Assembly: GCA_963762565.1 (NCBI GenBank)
Contig: CAVXLD010000012.1
Coordinates: forward strand, 96,001 to 160,000
Reading direction: 5' to 3'
DNA: 64,000 bases
Source of the DNA: an uncultured Verrucomicrobiae bacterium
GTDB taxonomy: Bacteria; Verrucomicrobiota; Verrucomicrobiia; Chthoniobacterales; JAFAMB01
Part shown: positions 42,704-52,498 of the stretch, in pieces
How positions within the stretch are numbered: position 1 is the stretch's first letter
Layout of the letters: every line of letters starts with the position of its first letter
Notes under the pieces: generated by a model
What the model saw: only the letters and a program-made list of their open reading frames with translations
Database searches by the model: none
Told to the model about the DNA's origin: nothing
Translations under genes and position numbers: made by a program

Positions 42704-45700
42704 TTAAGCAAGCGCGGGTTCCAGTTTTCTTTCCGTCTCGGGCTCAATCTCGCCACGCCGTTGGCGGTCTTTGGTATGGTCTTTAGCCAGTACCAGGTAG
42801 AACGACGGCACTACGAATAGTGTGAAGCAAGTTCCGATGATCATGCCAGTGACAAGCACCCAACCGATACTATTTCGAGCCGCCGCACCGGGTCCGGTGA
42901 CCAGAATCAGCGGAAAGTGACCTGCCACTGTCGCTACCGAGGTCATAAGGACCGGCCGCAAGCGGGTGCCTGCGGCTTCCAGAATCGCGCTAAACTTATC
43001 TAATCCTTGTTCCTGTAACCGGTTTGCCCACTCTACGATCAAGATTCCGTTCTTAGAAACTAGCCCAGTCAGCGTGATCAGGCCGACTTGGCTATAAATG
43101 TTGATCGACGTGTTACCAAGAAAACAGAAAGTAAGCGCTCCAACCAAAGCTAGAGGTACTGATCCGATTAGAATAATAAACGGGTCCCGGAAGCTTTCGA
43201 ACTGCGCTGCTAACACGAGATAAATGACGACCAGGGACAAGATCATCGTTGGAACAAACGCATTTCCTTCCACTCGAAGTTGGCGCGACGACCCTTTGTA
43301 ATCGATCGAATAGCCGCGAGGTAGAATCTTGGCGGCTTCGTCTTCCAAGAACTTGAGACCTTCATCCGCCGTAGCCGGCGGCCGGATAACCCCGCTGATG
43401 GTCACGGAGTTCAGCTGCTGCATGTGGTTCAAGGTCTCGGGTTGGACCTCTCGTTTTAAACTGGCAAACGTTCCAAGTTGGACTGGCGTATTGTTTGGCC
43501 CGCTCACGTAGAGCTTAGTTAGGTCCTCCGGAGTCAGTCGCTGAGTCCGCTGTACCTCCGGAATTACTTGATAGCTTCGCCCCTGAATATCGAAATAGTT
43601 TATGTAGCCTGCGCTTAAAAGCGTAGTCAGATCACCGCCAACCTGTTGCAGGTTTAGGCCCATCGCAGCAACCTTGTCGCGATCAAATACGATCCGGGTC
43701 TGGGGCTGATCGTATTTCATGTCGGAATCAGCAAAATAGAATTTCCCGCTTTTGTTGGCTGCAACCAATAGCTGGTTCGACAGCTCAAACATCTCCAACG
43801 GTTCCGCTACAGAATTGATAACAAACTCGACGTCATAGTTATCGCCTCCGGGCAGAGGTGATGGGGTGAGCGCAATAACTCGCACCCCAGCGACGGTGGC
43901 TAGCTTTTTACTCACATCTCCCAGGACTTGTTGCATGGTGCGTTTACGCTCGCTCCATGGTTTGGCCACCATTCCGGAGAAACCGGGACCGGGGACCGGA
44001 GTGACCTGAAAAGTCTGCGCCGTCTCAGGCTCACTCTTATAGATGTCGTTCATCTCCTTTGCGAAAAGCATCGTCTGCTCGAGCGTTGCTTCCGGCGCCG
44101 ACTGTACGATACCGAAGATAACACCCTGATCTTCATTGGGTGCTAGTTCATGCTTCGACATGTTCCAGAAAAAGTATAGAAGCACCCACAGAACCATCGA
44201 AGAACACAGGACAACCCATCTCACGCGCAAAGTAGTAAAAAGAAGTCTCTGATAGCCTTTGCGGAGCGAATCAAACCGTTTACTAATCCATCCTGCCAAG
44301 CCCCTCTCACTCGCACCTGGCTTCAGCAGCTTCGATGACATCATTGGTGAGAGGGTTAACGCGACCACACCGGACACCACGACTGCTCCTGCGAGAGTGA
44401 ATGCGAACTCGCGGAAGAGTGCACCGGTTAGTCCACCCTGAATCCCGATAGGCGCGTACACTGCAGCCAAGGTGAGGGTCATCGCGATAATCGGCCCGAA
44501 GAGCTCGCGTGCCCCTTTTATAGCAGCTTCGTATGGCGAGAGCCCTTCGTGGATATGCCGTTCCACGTTCTCGACAACGACAATCGCGTCGTCGACCACC
44601 AAACCCACTGCCAGGACAATCGCCAGCAAGGTCAGCAGGTTCAGCGTGAAACCGAAAATCAGCATCAGGAACATGGCCCCGATCAACGAAAGAGGAATGG
44701 CGACGATAGGGATCAGTACCGCTCGGAGCGAGCCCATGAACAGACAGATCACAACCATCACTATCAGGATCGTCTCAACCAGGGTCTCCGTTACATCGTG
44801 GATGGCGCTGGCGATGTAGTCGGTCGAATCGTACGGGATATCCAGCTTCATGCCGACCGGGAGCTCTTTTTGGATCTCCGGAAGCGCTGCGCGTACGGTC
44901 TTGATAACGTCAAGGGCGTTCGCGGTCGGGAGCACGTAGATGCCCATGAAGGTGGCGGTATTTCCCGAGAAGCGAACGTCCGTGTCGTAGTTCGAGGCGC
45001 CCAGTTCCACCTTCGCGATGTCTTTTAGACGCACGATGGCGCCGTTGTTCTGCTTAACGGCAAGCTCTTGGAATTCCTGCGGACTTTGCAGGTTTGTGTT
45101 CGATACCAGGTTGACTGCGGTCATGGCGCCCTTGGTTTGACCTGGGGCCGCCAGATAGTTATTCGACTGGAGAACGTTCTGCACGTCAGTGGGCGACACG
45201 TTCAAGGCGGCCATTTTTTCAGTGTCGAGCCAAACCCGCATTGCAAAGACACGCCCACCCAGAATTTCGGCCTGCTGAACCCCTGAAATTGCGGCCAGCT
45301 TTGGTTGAACAACCCGAGTCAGGTAATCGGTGATCTGATTGCGGTCGAGATCCGTTGAGTAAAAGCTGAGATACATCGAGGCAAATCGAGTATCGACCGA
45401 GGTGATCGCGATAACCGGTATCTGCGACGCGGGCGGCAGCTGATTCCGAACCTGGTTAACCTTGGTTTGCACCTGGGTCATGGCCGCATTCGGGTCGTAG
45501 TTCAGCTTTAAATGAACGGAAATCGTGCTCGTGCCTTGGACACTCTGCGACTCCATATAATCGATCCCATCAGCACTGGCGATCGACTGTTCGAGAGGCG
45601 TGGTAATAAAGCCGCGGACCAATTCAGCGTCCGCACCGTAGTACGTAGTCGTGACCGTTATGACCGATATATCCGTCTTCGGATACTGGCGCACGTTGAT

Positions 45701-45793
45701 ACTGCGCATCGCCTGATAACCGGCGAGCAGGATCAGCAGGTTGATGACGGTCGCTACAACCGGTCGTTTGATGAAGAGGTCCGTAAATTTCAT
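42704..45793 (-). CDS. RND efflux permease (AcrB/MexW-like)
   Basis: FIKRPV, GLVVDDAIVVVENVER, KNGILIVE, RLRPVLMT. Confidence 0.96.
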   Translation of the reverse strand: MKFTDLFIKRPVVATVINLLILLAGYQAMRSINVRQYPKTDISVITVTTTYYGADAELVRGFITTPLEQSIASADGIDYMESQSVQGTSTISVHLKLNYDPNAAMTQVQTKVNQVRNQLPPASQIPVIAITSVDTRFASMYLSFYSTDLDRNQITDYLTRVVQPKLAAISGVQQAEILGGRVFAMRVWLDTEKMAALNVSPTDVQNVLQSNNYLAAPGQTKGAMTAVNLVSNTNLQSPQEFQELAVKQNNGAIVRLKDIAKVELGASNYDTDVRFSGNTATFMGIYVLPTANALDVIKTVRAALPEIQKELPVGMKLDIPYDSTDYIASAIHDVTETLVETILIVMVVICLFMGSLRAVLIPIVAIPLSLIGAMFLMLIFGFTLNLLTLLAIVLAVGLVVDDAIVVVENVERHIHEGLSPYEAAIKGARELFGPIIAMTLTLAAVYAPIGIQGGLTGALFREFAFTLAGAVVVSGVVALTLSPMMSSKLLKPGASERGLAGWISKRFDSLRKGYQRLLFTTLRVRWVVLCSSMVLWVLLYFFWNMSKHELAPNEDQGVIFGIVQSAPEATLEQTMLFAKEMNDIYKSEPETAQTFQVTPVPGPGFSGMVAKPWSERKRTMQQVLGDVSKKLATVAGVRVIALTPSPLPGGDNYDVEFVINSVAEPLEMFELSNQLLVAANKSGKFYFADSDMKYDQPQTRIVFDRDKVAAMGLNLQQVGGDLTTLLSAGYINYFDIQGRSYQVIPEVQRTQRLTPEDLTKLYVSGPNNTPVQLGTFASLKREVQPETLNHMQQLNSVTISGVIRPPATADEGLKFLEDEAAKILPRGYSIDYKGSSRQLRVEGNAFVPTMILSLVVIYLVLAAQFESFRDPFIILIGSVPLALVGALTFCFLGNTSINIYSQVGLITLTGLVSKNGILIVEWANRLQEQGLDKFSAILEAAGTRLRPVLMTSVATVAGHFPLILVTGPGAAARNSIGWVLVTGMIIGTCFTLFVVPSFYLVLAKDHTKDRQRRGEIEPETERKLEPALA

Positions 45794-45810
45794 CCTACCG
45801 CTCCTGGTTA

Positions 45811-47028
45811 TCAGCTATTCGCCGGTGTTGGTGATGCCTCACTATCGGGCTGTACCTTATTATTGATCAGGACAGGTGCCCCGCTTCTTAGACGGAATAC
45901 TCCTGAGGTCACAACCTCGTCACCCGGCTTCACCCCTGAGGTAACCGAAACCAGGTCGCCGCGTGCTGACCCGAGTTTGACGAATTGCTCCTTTACACTC
46001 TTGATCGGTTTGCCATTTTCGTCTTTATCGTCGGTCACAAGAAAGACCGAATCACCGTACGGCGCGTAATGCACCGAGGAAACCGGCAACGCGATAACCT
46101 TTTCGCGTTCGGGCATGATCACGCTAACTTTTCCAAACATGCCGGGTCGCAATTTCTGCTCACCGTTTGGTAGGGTGGCCTGCACCTGTACGTTTCGGGT
46201 CGCTTGATCTACCAGCGCGTTAATGGCTGTGATCTTACCCGTAAAAGCGCTGTCGCCGTACGCATCCAACCGTAAGTTGACATCCTGACCGCAGGCTAAC
46301 TTGCTGACGTCTTGCTGGGGCAACGTGAAGTTCACATAAATCGGGTCAAAGGATTGCAATGTGACGACGGCATCACCCGTGTTCAGATATTGGCCAAGAT
46401 TCACTTGGCGGATACCGACCATACCATCAAAAGGCGCGCGCAACGTCTTTCGCGCGATCAGCGCTTTATATTGGTCAACCGTTGCCTGCATTTGCCCATG
46501 AGTCGCTTCGGCCGTGTCATAGTCTTGCTGTGAGATGGTCCGCTTAGCGAGCAGATCCCGATCGCGGGCCAAAGTCAGCTGCGCAAGGGTCAGTTGGGCC
46601 TGCGCTTGTTCGAGTTGGGCTTGTTCTTGGTCGGTATTGAGATGGACCAATAAGTCGCCGGCTTTCACCAGCGTGCCGGAGGTGAAGGCAATCTTATCCA
46701 CTATCCCGGCTAGGTCCGTGCTGACGGTGACACCGTTTATCGCGGTTACGTTGCCAATCGTATCCAGGGTGGGTTGCCACTCCGACTGTGAGGCAATCGT
46801 TGTAGTTACTGCAGTCGGGGGTTGTTTGAACATGCCTGCTTTGGCCATGGCCATGAAACCCATGATCTGGGTGACCTTGAAATAACCGAGCACTCCAATG
46901 ATCGCGACCAAAAGCACAATCGCAATCAGAATGGCTCGGATGTAGGGTGGTCGCCGTTTCTTTGGCGCCGAAACAGTCTTTGACGGGGCACTCTTCGTTG
47001 AAGGCGCGGACGAAGTCGCGGGGGTCAT
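45811..47028 (-). CDS. RND efflux membrane fusion protein
   Basis: TM anchor, lipoyl-like halves (GTLVKAGDLL, LRAPFDG), LRPGMF. Confidence 0.94.
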   Translation of the reverse strand: MTPATSSAPSTKSAPSKTVSAPKKRRPPYIRAILIAIVLLVAIIGVLGYFKVTQIMGFMAMAKAGMFKQPPTAVTTTIASQSEWQPTLDTIGNVTAINGVTVSTDLAGIVDKIAFTSGTLVKAGDLLVHLNTDQEQAQLEQAQAQLTLAQLTLARDRDLLAKRTISQQDYDTAEATHGQMQATVDQYKALIARKTLRAPFDGMVGIRQVNLGQYLNTGDAVVTLQSFDPIYVNFTLPQQDVSKLACGQDVNLRLDAYGDSAFTGKITAINALVDQATRNVQVQATLPNGEQKLRPGMFGKVSVIMPEREKVIALPVSSVHYAPYGDSVFLVTDDKDENGKPIKSVKEQFVKLGSARGDLVSVTSGVKPGDEVVTSGVFRLRSGAPVLINNKVQPDSEASPTPANS

Positions 47029-47049
47029 CGGGGATCTCCTTATCGTTAT

Positions 47050-47598
47050 TTAAGCGGCAGTATTTGCCAGAGCCGGTAAACGCTCCGCCAACTCGGCGAG
47101 GCGTAGTTGGATTTTTTGTAGGATATTAACGAGCTGCAGACGCTCTTCCTGGCTTAAAGGTGCGATGATGCTGGTGAACCACTCGCAATAGGGCGATCGA
47201 ACCCGATCGAGCAGTTGTTCACCGCCTTTTGTCAAGTAAAGGCGGGTTAACCGTCTATCTTGCGGATCGGGTTTGCGCTCAACCAGGCCATCCTTCTCCA
47301 AACCGTCCAGCAAACCTGAGATGGTCGCCCGCGTCACTCCGGTCTTACCGGCAAGATCAGCCGGCGTAATTTCGCCGGGTCCGTGTTTATCTAAAAGCAT
47401 CAACAGCACGAACCGGCCGTGGCGCGTACCAAGTGCCGCTAGGATGGCTTCATCGAGAGCCAGTAATTCGTCTCCGGTGCGCAAGAGCTGCAGAAAAACG
47501 TAACAGGCGGACGCATCGAGCTCGGGGAACCGTTTGCTGTCCTCGAGGAAAACCTCGTATTTTGGCAGCGATTTCAACAGAGTAGCGGGCTCCCTCAT
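47050..47598 (-). CDS. MarR family transcriptional regulator
   Basis: TPADLA..VTRATISGLLDGLEKDGLVER..DRR..LT. Confidence 0.92.
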   Translation of the reverse strand: MREPATLLKSLPKYEVFLEDSKRFPELDASACYVFLQLLRTGDELLALDEAILAALGTRHGRFVLLMLLDKHGPGEITPADLAGKTGVTRATISGLLDGLEKDGLVERKPDPQDRRLTRLYLTKGGEQLLDRVRSPYCEWFTSIIAPLSQEERLQLVNILQKIQLRLAELAERLPALANTAA

Positions 47599-47600
47599 AA

Positions 47601-47640
47601 AGTTAGCGTACCTAATTATTAGGTTCCTAACTATTGTCAA
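47601..47640 (-). promoter_or_regulatory. Palindromic operator and -35 box upstream of marR
   Basis: agttag-cgt-acctaat-t-attaggt-tc-ctaact, with TTGACA on the minus strand at 47635-47640. Confidence 0.7.
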
Positions 47641-47777
47641 GGGCGGCTTTTTGCAAGCACTTGCTTTCAAATTACAACAGGGCGGTCGGCGCCCTGGAGC
47701 GCTGCCTCGCTTGCGAGGCCGTTGTTGGCCAGGGCAGAGAACGTTCACGGTCCGTAACGGCGCACACCCGCCTCAAT

Positions 47778-48258
47778 GGGGCTTTCGCATGCTCAGGCTC
47801 TCAAACACAAGGGAGGGATCACGTCCTCGCGATCCTCTCGTGAGCCAAACCCAGCGTGTTCGGATGTCGGGGACGGAAATACGCCCGGAGACCTGGTGCG
47901 TTTTCTCACGGCGCGCGAGGACGCGCGCCCTCCCGCGACAGGGGCTTTCGCACGCTCAAGGTCTCAAACACAAGGGAGGGATCGCTTCCTCGCGATCCGT
48001 GCGTCACCGAAGCCCGCCGTGTTCGGATGTCGGGGACGGAAATACGCCCGGAGACCTGGTGCGTTTCTCACGGCGCGCGAGGACGCGCGCCCTCCCGTAA
48101 TGGGCCTTTTCGCATGCCCAAGGTCTCAAACACAAGGGAGGGATCGCGTCCTCGCGATCCGTTCGTCACCGCAGCCCGCCGCGTTGGGATGCCGGGGATG
48201 GAAATACGCCTGCAGACCTGGTGCTTTTCTCACGGCGCGCGAGGACGCGCGCCCTCCC
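47778..48258. repeat. Three tandem units of about 162 bp, each a family B REP doublet (BIME/REPIN-like)
   Basis: aaacacaagggagggatc at 47803, 47966 and 48128; each unit ends cggcgcgcgaggacgcgcgccctccc. Confidence 0.92.
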
Positions 48259-48277
48259 TTGGCTCTCGCCTCGCGTA

Positions 48278-50155
48278 TCACACCACATTCTCGGACCGGT
48301 TGAGGCCGAACTGTTTTTCTAGAAAGATAGTAACGAGAGCGATATCTGCCGGTGTAATCCCACTGATGCGTCCGGCTTGACCCAAGGTAGCAGGGCGGAT
48401 CTTCAAAAGCTTTTGGCGCGCTTCCGCCCTCAGCCCAGCGATCTGGCCATAGTCCAGCTCGGCTGGAAGAAATCGCGACTCTGCCCGATGCGCCTTCGCG
48501 ATGGCGCCTTCTTGTCTTCGGATATAGCCCTCATATTTAGCGTCGGTCTCCACCTGCTCCCAAATCTGGCGGCCGTACCTGGCGATCAAATCGACAGGGA
48601 TATCGTAACAGTCGAATTCAGGACGCCTGAGCAGTTGATCCAGGCGTTGGCCATCCAAGCGAACTGAGGCTGCCTCCCGTTTTGCAGCATCGATCTGCTC
48701 TTGCTTGGCTTCGACTTGTTTCCTTCGCTCGTCCGAGATCAGACCGGCATCATAACCTTTCCGGGTCAGTCTGAGGTCGGCGTTATCCTGGCGAAGCAAC
48801 AAACGGTATTCAGCCCGGCTGGTGAACATCCGGTAAGGTTCCTGAGTTCCTTTTGTCACTAGATCATCGATCAAGACACCGATGTAGGCCTCTTCCCGTC
48901 CAAGGATAAATTCCTTTTTCCCTTGGAGCCGCAACGCCGCGTTGGTACCGGCAATTAGCCCCTGGGCGGCCGCTTCCTCATATCCCGACGTCCCGTTAAT
49001 TTGACCGGCGAAAAAGAGCCCAGGTATCGACTTGGTTTCCAAAGTGACGCGGAGCTGAGTTGGAGGACAAAAATCGTATTCCACCGCGTAACCGGGTCGG
49101 ATGATTTCCGCATTCTCTAATCCAGGAATGGTCCGGATGAAGGCATACTGCACCTCAAACGGAAGGCTGGTGGAGACACCGTTCACATAATATTCATGGG
49201 TTTGCCGGCCTTCGGGTTCGAGAAACAACTGATGGCGTTCCTTCTCGGCAAAACGGACTACTTTGTCTTCGATCGAGGGACAGTAGCGAGGACCGACTCC
49301 CTCGATTTTCCCGGAATACATCGGCGACTTATCAAGATTGCCCCGAATAATGTCATGGGTTTTGTTGGTTGTGGCGGTGATCCAGCACGGAATTTGTTCC
49401 ACGTGGAACATGCCATCTACGCCTCGATTCAACGTAAACGGCGGGCCGCCTCGGACCTCGCCCTCTGTGTAAGAGAATCGAGGCGGCGGTTCATCGCCAT
49501 CTTGGCGCTCGCATTGACTGAAGTCGATCGACCGTCCATTGAGCCGGCACGGCGTCCCGGTTTTGAACCGGCCCACTTCAAACCCGAGCGCCCTTAAATC
49601 ATCACTTAATGTCGAGGGAGCGTCACCCATGCGTCCACCCGCTACATTCTGTAATCCGACGTGTAACAACCCTCGCATAAATGTCCCGGTCGTCACCACC
49701 ACGCTCTTTGCTTTCAAGCGAAGGCCAAGATTGGTCTCTACACCGCACGCTCCGTCTCCATCCACCAAAATCTTCGCCACGTTGCCTTGCAAAAGTGCCA
49801 GCCGGGGAGTCGACTCCAGGACCTCTTTCATCCGGAATTGATAAGCTTTCTTGTCCGATTGCGCCCGGGGCGCCCTTACACTTGGGCCCTTGTTCGCATT
49901 CAACATCCTGAACTGGATACCGGTCGCGTCTGTATTTTCGCCCATCAAACCACCCAGAGCGTCGATCTCTCGAACCATGTGACCTTTGGCTAGTCCGCCC
50001 ACGGCCGGGTTACACGACATCTGCCCGATCGTATCCAGGTTCTGTGTTAATAGGAGGGTGTCGCAACCCAAGCGAGAAGCAGCAGCCGCGGCTTCAATAC
50101 CCGCGTGTCCACCACCGATGACCACGACATCAAATTCCTGAGGATACAACCACAT
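48278..50155 (-). CDS. mnmG: tRNA U34 carboxymethylaminomethyl modification enzyme (GidA)
   Basis: GGGHAG, MSCNPAVGGLAKG, GPRYCPSIEDK, AGQINGTSGYEEAAAQG. Confidence 0.98.
   Translation of the reverse strand: MWLYPQEFDVVVIGGGHAGIEAAAAASRLGCDTLLLTQNLDTIGQMSCNPAVGGLAKGHMVREIDALGGLMGENTDATGIQFRMLNANKGPSVRAPRAQSDKKAYQFRMKEVLESTPRLALLQGNVAKILVDGDGACGVETNLGLRLKAKSVVVTTGTFMRGLLHVGLQNVAGGRMGDAPSTLSDDLRALGFEVGRFKTGTPCRLNGRSIDFSQCERQDGDEPPPRFSYTEGEVRGGPPFTLNRGVDGMFHVEQIPCWITATTNKTHDIIRGNLDKSPMYSGKIEGVGPRYCPSIEDKVVRFAEKERHQLFLEPEGRQTHEYYVNGVSTSLPFEVQYAFIRTIPGLENAEIIRPGYAVEYDFCPPTQLRVTLETKSIPGLFFAGQINGTSGYEEAAAQGLIAGTNAALRLQGKKEFILGREEAYIGVLIDDLVTKGTQEPYRMFTSRAEYRLLLRQDNADLRLTRKGYDAGLISDERRKQVEAKQEQIDAAKREAASVRLDGQRLDQLLRRPEFDCYDIPVDLIARYGRQIWEQVETDAKYEGYIRRQEGAIAKAHRAESRFLPAELDYGQIAGLRAEARQKLLKIRPATLGQAGRISGITPADIALVTIFLEKQFGLNRSENVV
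49395..49410. promoter_or_regulatory. parS site inside mnmG
   Basis: Perfect palindrome TGTTCCACGTGGAACA. Confidence 0.85.
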
Positions 50156-50197
50156 GAGGTCGCTATCTTGCGCCTTTTTTCAGGGAGGCGCAAATGA

Positions 50198-50303
50198 GGG
50201 AGGGATCGGTCCACGCGATCCGGTCCTATTCTCGCCATCGGGGATGGAAACACGCCTAAGGGTCCGGAACGCCTTCGCGGCGCGCGGGGACGCGCGCCCT
50301 CCC
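50198..50303. repeat. Family B REP doublet
   Basis: gggagggatcggtcc..ggacgcgcgccctccc. Confidence 0.75.
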
Positions 50304-50318
50304 GTGGCTCCTCACCTA

Positions 50319-50334
50319 TGTTCCACGTGGAACA
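50319..50334. promoter_or_regulatory. parS site
   Basis: Perfect palindrome TGTTCCACGTGGAACA. Confidence 0.88.
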
Positions 50335-50484
50335 TTCACCCCATCGTATCCCGTCTGCAGACCTAATCGCACCCCCGAAGCAGCCTTCTACACCATTTTT
50401 CGCGCCACTTCTCTCGTTCTTCCTCACCTTTCACGTGACAACCGACCGACTTTCCGGCAAAGTCTCCTCACGTGCTCGCCCACC

Positions 50485-50793
50485 ATGGCTAAGTCCCTCG
50501 ATGTCTCCCCTGCTAAGTCCTTCGCCGAAGAAGTCGAGATTCTCCGGAAGTCCTTCCGTGCTTGCCTCGATGTTTACGCGACTCGGGTGGAAGCTGAACT
50601 CGGGCATATCAAAGAGGCGGCTCTCGCTAAAACCGGGTCCGCGCACCTCTCCCAAAACACCATCCGCGACCTCCGCGACATGATTACCCTTTGTCGCACG
50701 CTCGATATCAAACCCGAAAAAGGCCGCCGCAAAGATCTGAAGAAAATCGACAGCCTTGTCGATGAGCTCAATTTAATGGTCGAGAATTGGTGA
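50485..50793 (+). CDS. Small helical hypothetical protein
   Basis: 102-aa ORF with ATG start and protein-like composition (IKPEKGRRKDLKKID). Confidence 0.7.
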   Translation: MAKSLDVSPAKSFAEEVEILRKSFRACLDVYATRVEAELGHIKEAALAKTGSAHLSQNTIRDLRDMITLCRTLDIKPEKGRRKDLKKIDSLVDELNLMVENW

Positions 50794-50810
50794 GGGCCCG
50801 TTTCCGCCCC

Positions 50811-50909
50811 GGGATGGCGTGCGTCCGCCGACCCCGACGTATTTCCCGCCCGCATTGACACACGCACACGGCCCTGCGAACAACGGATCGCGGGGACGCG
50901 CTCCCTCCC
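50811..50909. repeat. Degenerate family B element in reverse orientation
   Basis: Ends cggatcgcggggacgcgctccctccc. Confidence 0.6.
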
Positions 50910-51417
50910 AACATCAGGGGCATGCGTTCAATTCTCGAAACACATCAACCCGCGCCACGGGCTCAAATCCGGCGCGATTTGATTTCGAGATGTGGCGGAC
51001 GCCCGCCTCGCCGAGATTTTCGCCCTACCGACCCTCGGCTGGCCTCCCACGCCCCTCCTAGCTCCTAGATTCTAGCTCCTAGCTCCTTCCCCTAACACCT
51101 TTCCTAACCGTTACACCTCGCTTTGCGGTTTGATTTTTTGATTCACGTTGATTTCGTTACTTGGTTGTCTATCTATTTCGCCGTTATGCTGCCCGCCCTG
51201 ATCTTAACTTTAGTCGCTCCGCTTTACCGGCTGCTTTTTCTGCGGGCGGGCGCACCCTTTGATTGGGCCAATCTCTCACCCCCAGCCTTTTCCTTCGCAA
51301 TAGCCTTATCAGCGACCTGCTCTTTACTTCTTTCTTTCTGCTTACTCCAGCCTTTCTCCGGCTACACCACGCGTCGTCGGATCTCCCCGGACATCCTACC
51401 CATCCCACTCTTTAAGT

Positions 51418-52491
51418 ATGCACACAGTATTGCAGTCTCCCGGCGAATCCCGATCGACGATCAATGATCGCCTTACCAAGGCGGATAAGATCCGCCTCTT
51501 ACGCGACATGTACCGGATCAGGCGTTTCGAACAGACCTCGCTCAAGTACTACAACCTCGGACGTATGGGCGGTTTCCTGCATCTTTACTCCGGTCAGGAA
51601 GCGGTTGCTGTCGGAACGATCTCACTCCTGGGTGAGAACGATCACGTCATCACGGCATATCGTGACCATGGTCATGCTTTGGCCGTTGGTATGTCCATGA
51701 ACGAATGCATGGCGGAACTCTTCGGCAAAGCAACCGGCTGCTCAAAGGGCAAGGGCGGTTCCATGCATTTCTTCGCCCCCGACAAACGCTACTGGGGCGG
51801 CCACGGCATCGTGGGCGGCCAAACTCCTCTCGGCGCAGGAATCGCCTACGCCCTAAAGTATAAGCACATTCCTGGCTGTTGCCTTTGCTACCTTGGCGAC
51901 GGGGCCATCAACCAAGGCGCCTTTCACGAAGCCCTCAACCTGGCCGCCTTGTTTCAACTGCCCGTCGTTTACATCATCGAGAACAACGGCTACTCGATGG
52001 GGACCAGCCAACAGCGCTCCTCCGCCTACAAGACCTCTTTGGCCGAGCGCGCCGAAGCATACAACATGGCTTGGGAAGTCTTCCTCGGTGAAGATATCTA
52101 TGAGGTCCGTAACCGTACGAATATCGCCGTTGAGCGGGCTCGTAAGACTCAGCAACCGACATTGCTCGAGATCCAGACTTACCGCTATTACGGTCACTCG
52201 GTCGCGGATGCGAACGCGAAGAAATATAGAAGCTCCGAGGAAATCGACGACTATAAAAATAACCACGATCCCCTCCAAATATTTGCCAAGACCTTGCTTC
52301 ACGAAGAAGTCCTGACCGAAAGCGACATCCAGGAGATCGACAAAGCCGCAAAAGAAGAGGCGAATGCAGCCGTCGCTTTTGCCGAGGAAAGCCCTCTGCC
52401 ACAGGAAAGCGACATCCTCACCGATGTGTACTGGGAAGTCGATAACCAGACCGACGCAGCCAAAAACGGCTCCTACTTCTTCAACACCTGA
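51418..52491 (+). CDS. pdhA: Pyruvate dehydrogenase E1 alpha
   Basis: GFLHLYSGQEA, GKGGSMH, GDGAINQG..ENN, YRYYGHS. Confidence 0.96.
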   Translation: MHTVLQSPGESRSTINDRLTKADKIRLLRDMYRIRRFEQTSLKYYNLGRMGGFLHLYSGQEAVAVGTISLLGENDHVITAYRDHGHALAVGMSMNECMAELFGKATGCSKGKGGSMHFFAPDKRYWGGHGIVGGQTPLGAGIAYALKYKHIPGCCLCYLGDGAINQGAFHEALNLAALFQLPVVYIIENNGYSMGTSQQRSSAYKTSLAERAEAYNMAWEVFLGEDIYEVRNRTNIAVERARKTQQPTLLEIQTYRYYGHSVADANAKKYRSSEEIDDYKNNHDPLQIFAKTLLHEEVLTESDIQEIDKAAKEEANAAVAFAEESPLPQESDILTDVYWEVDNQTDAAKNGSYFFNT

Positions 52492-52498
52492 TCACTCC

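Noticed and set aside
47778..48380. CRISPR array or protein-coding ORFs (47534, 47776, 47856)
   Set aside because: Whole 162-bp units repeat; the ORFs are translations of GC-rich REP repeats.
49395..50334. LexA boxes
   Set aside because: Spacing is TGTTC-N6-GAACA with a CACGTG core, which matches parS rather than the N4 LexA box.
51123..51467. 114-aa hydrophobic ORF before pdhA
   Set aside because: TTG start in a pyrimidine-rich promoter region, overlap with pdhA and no recognisable motif.
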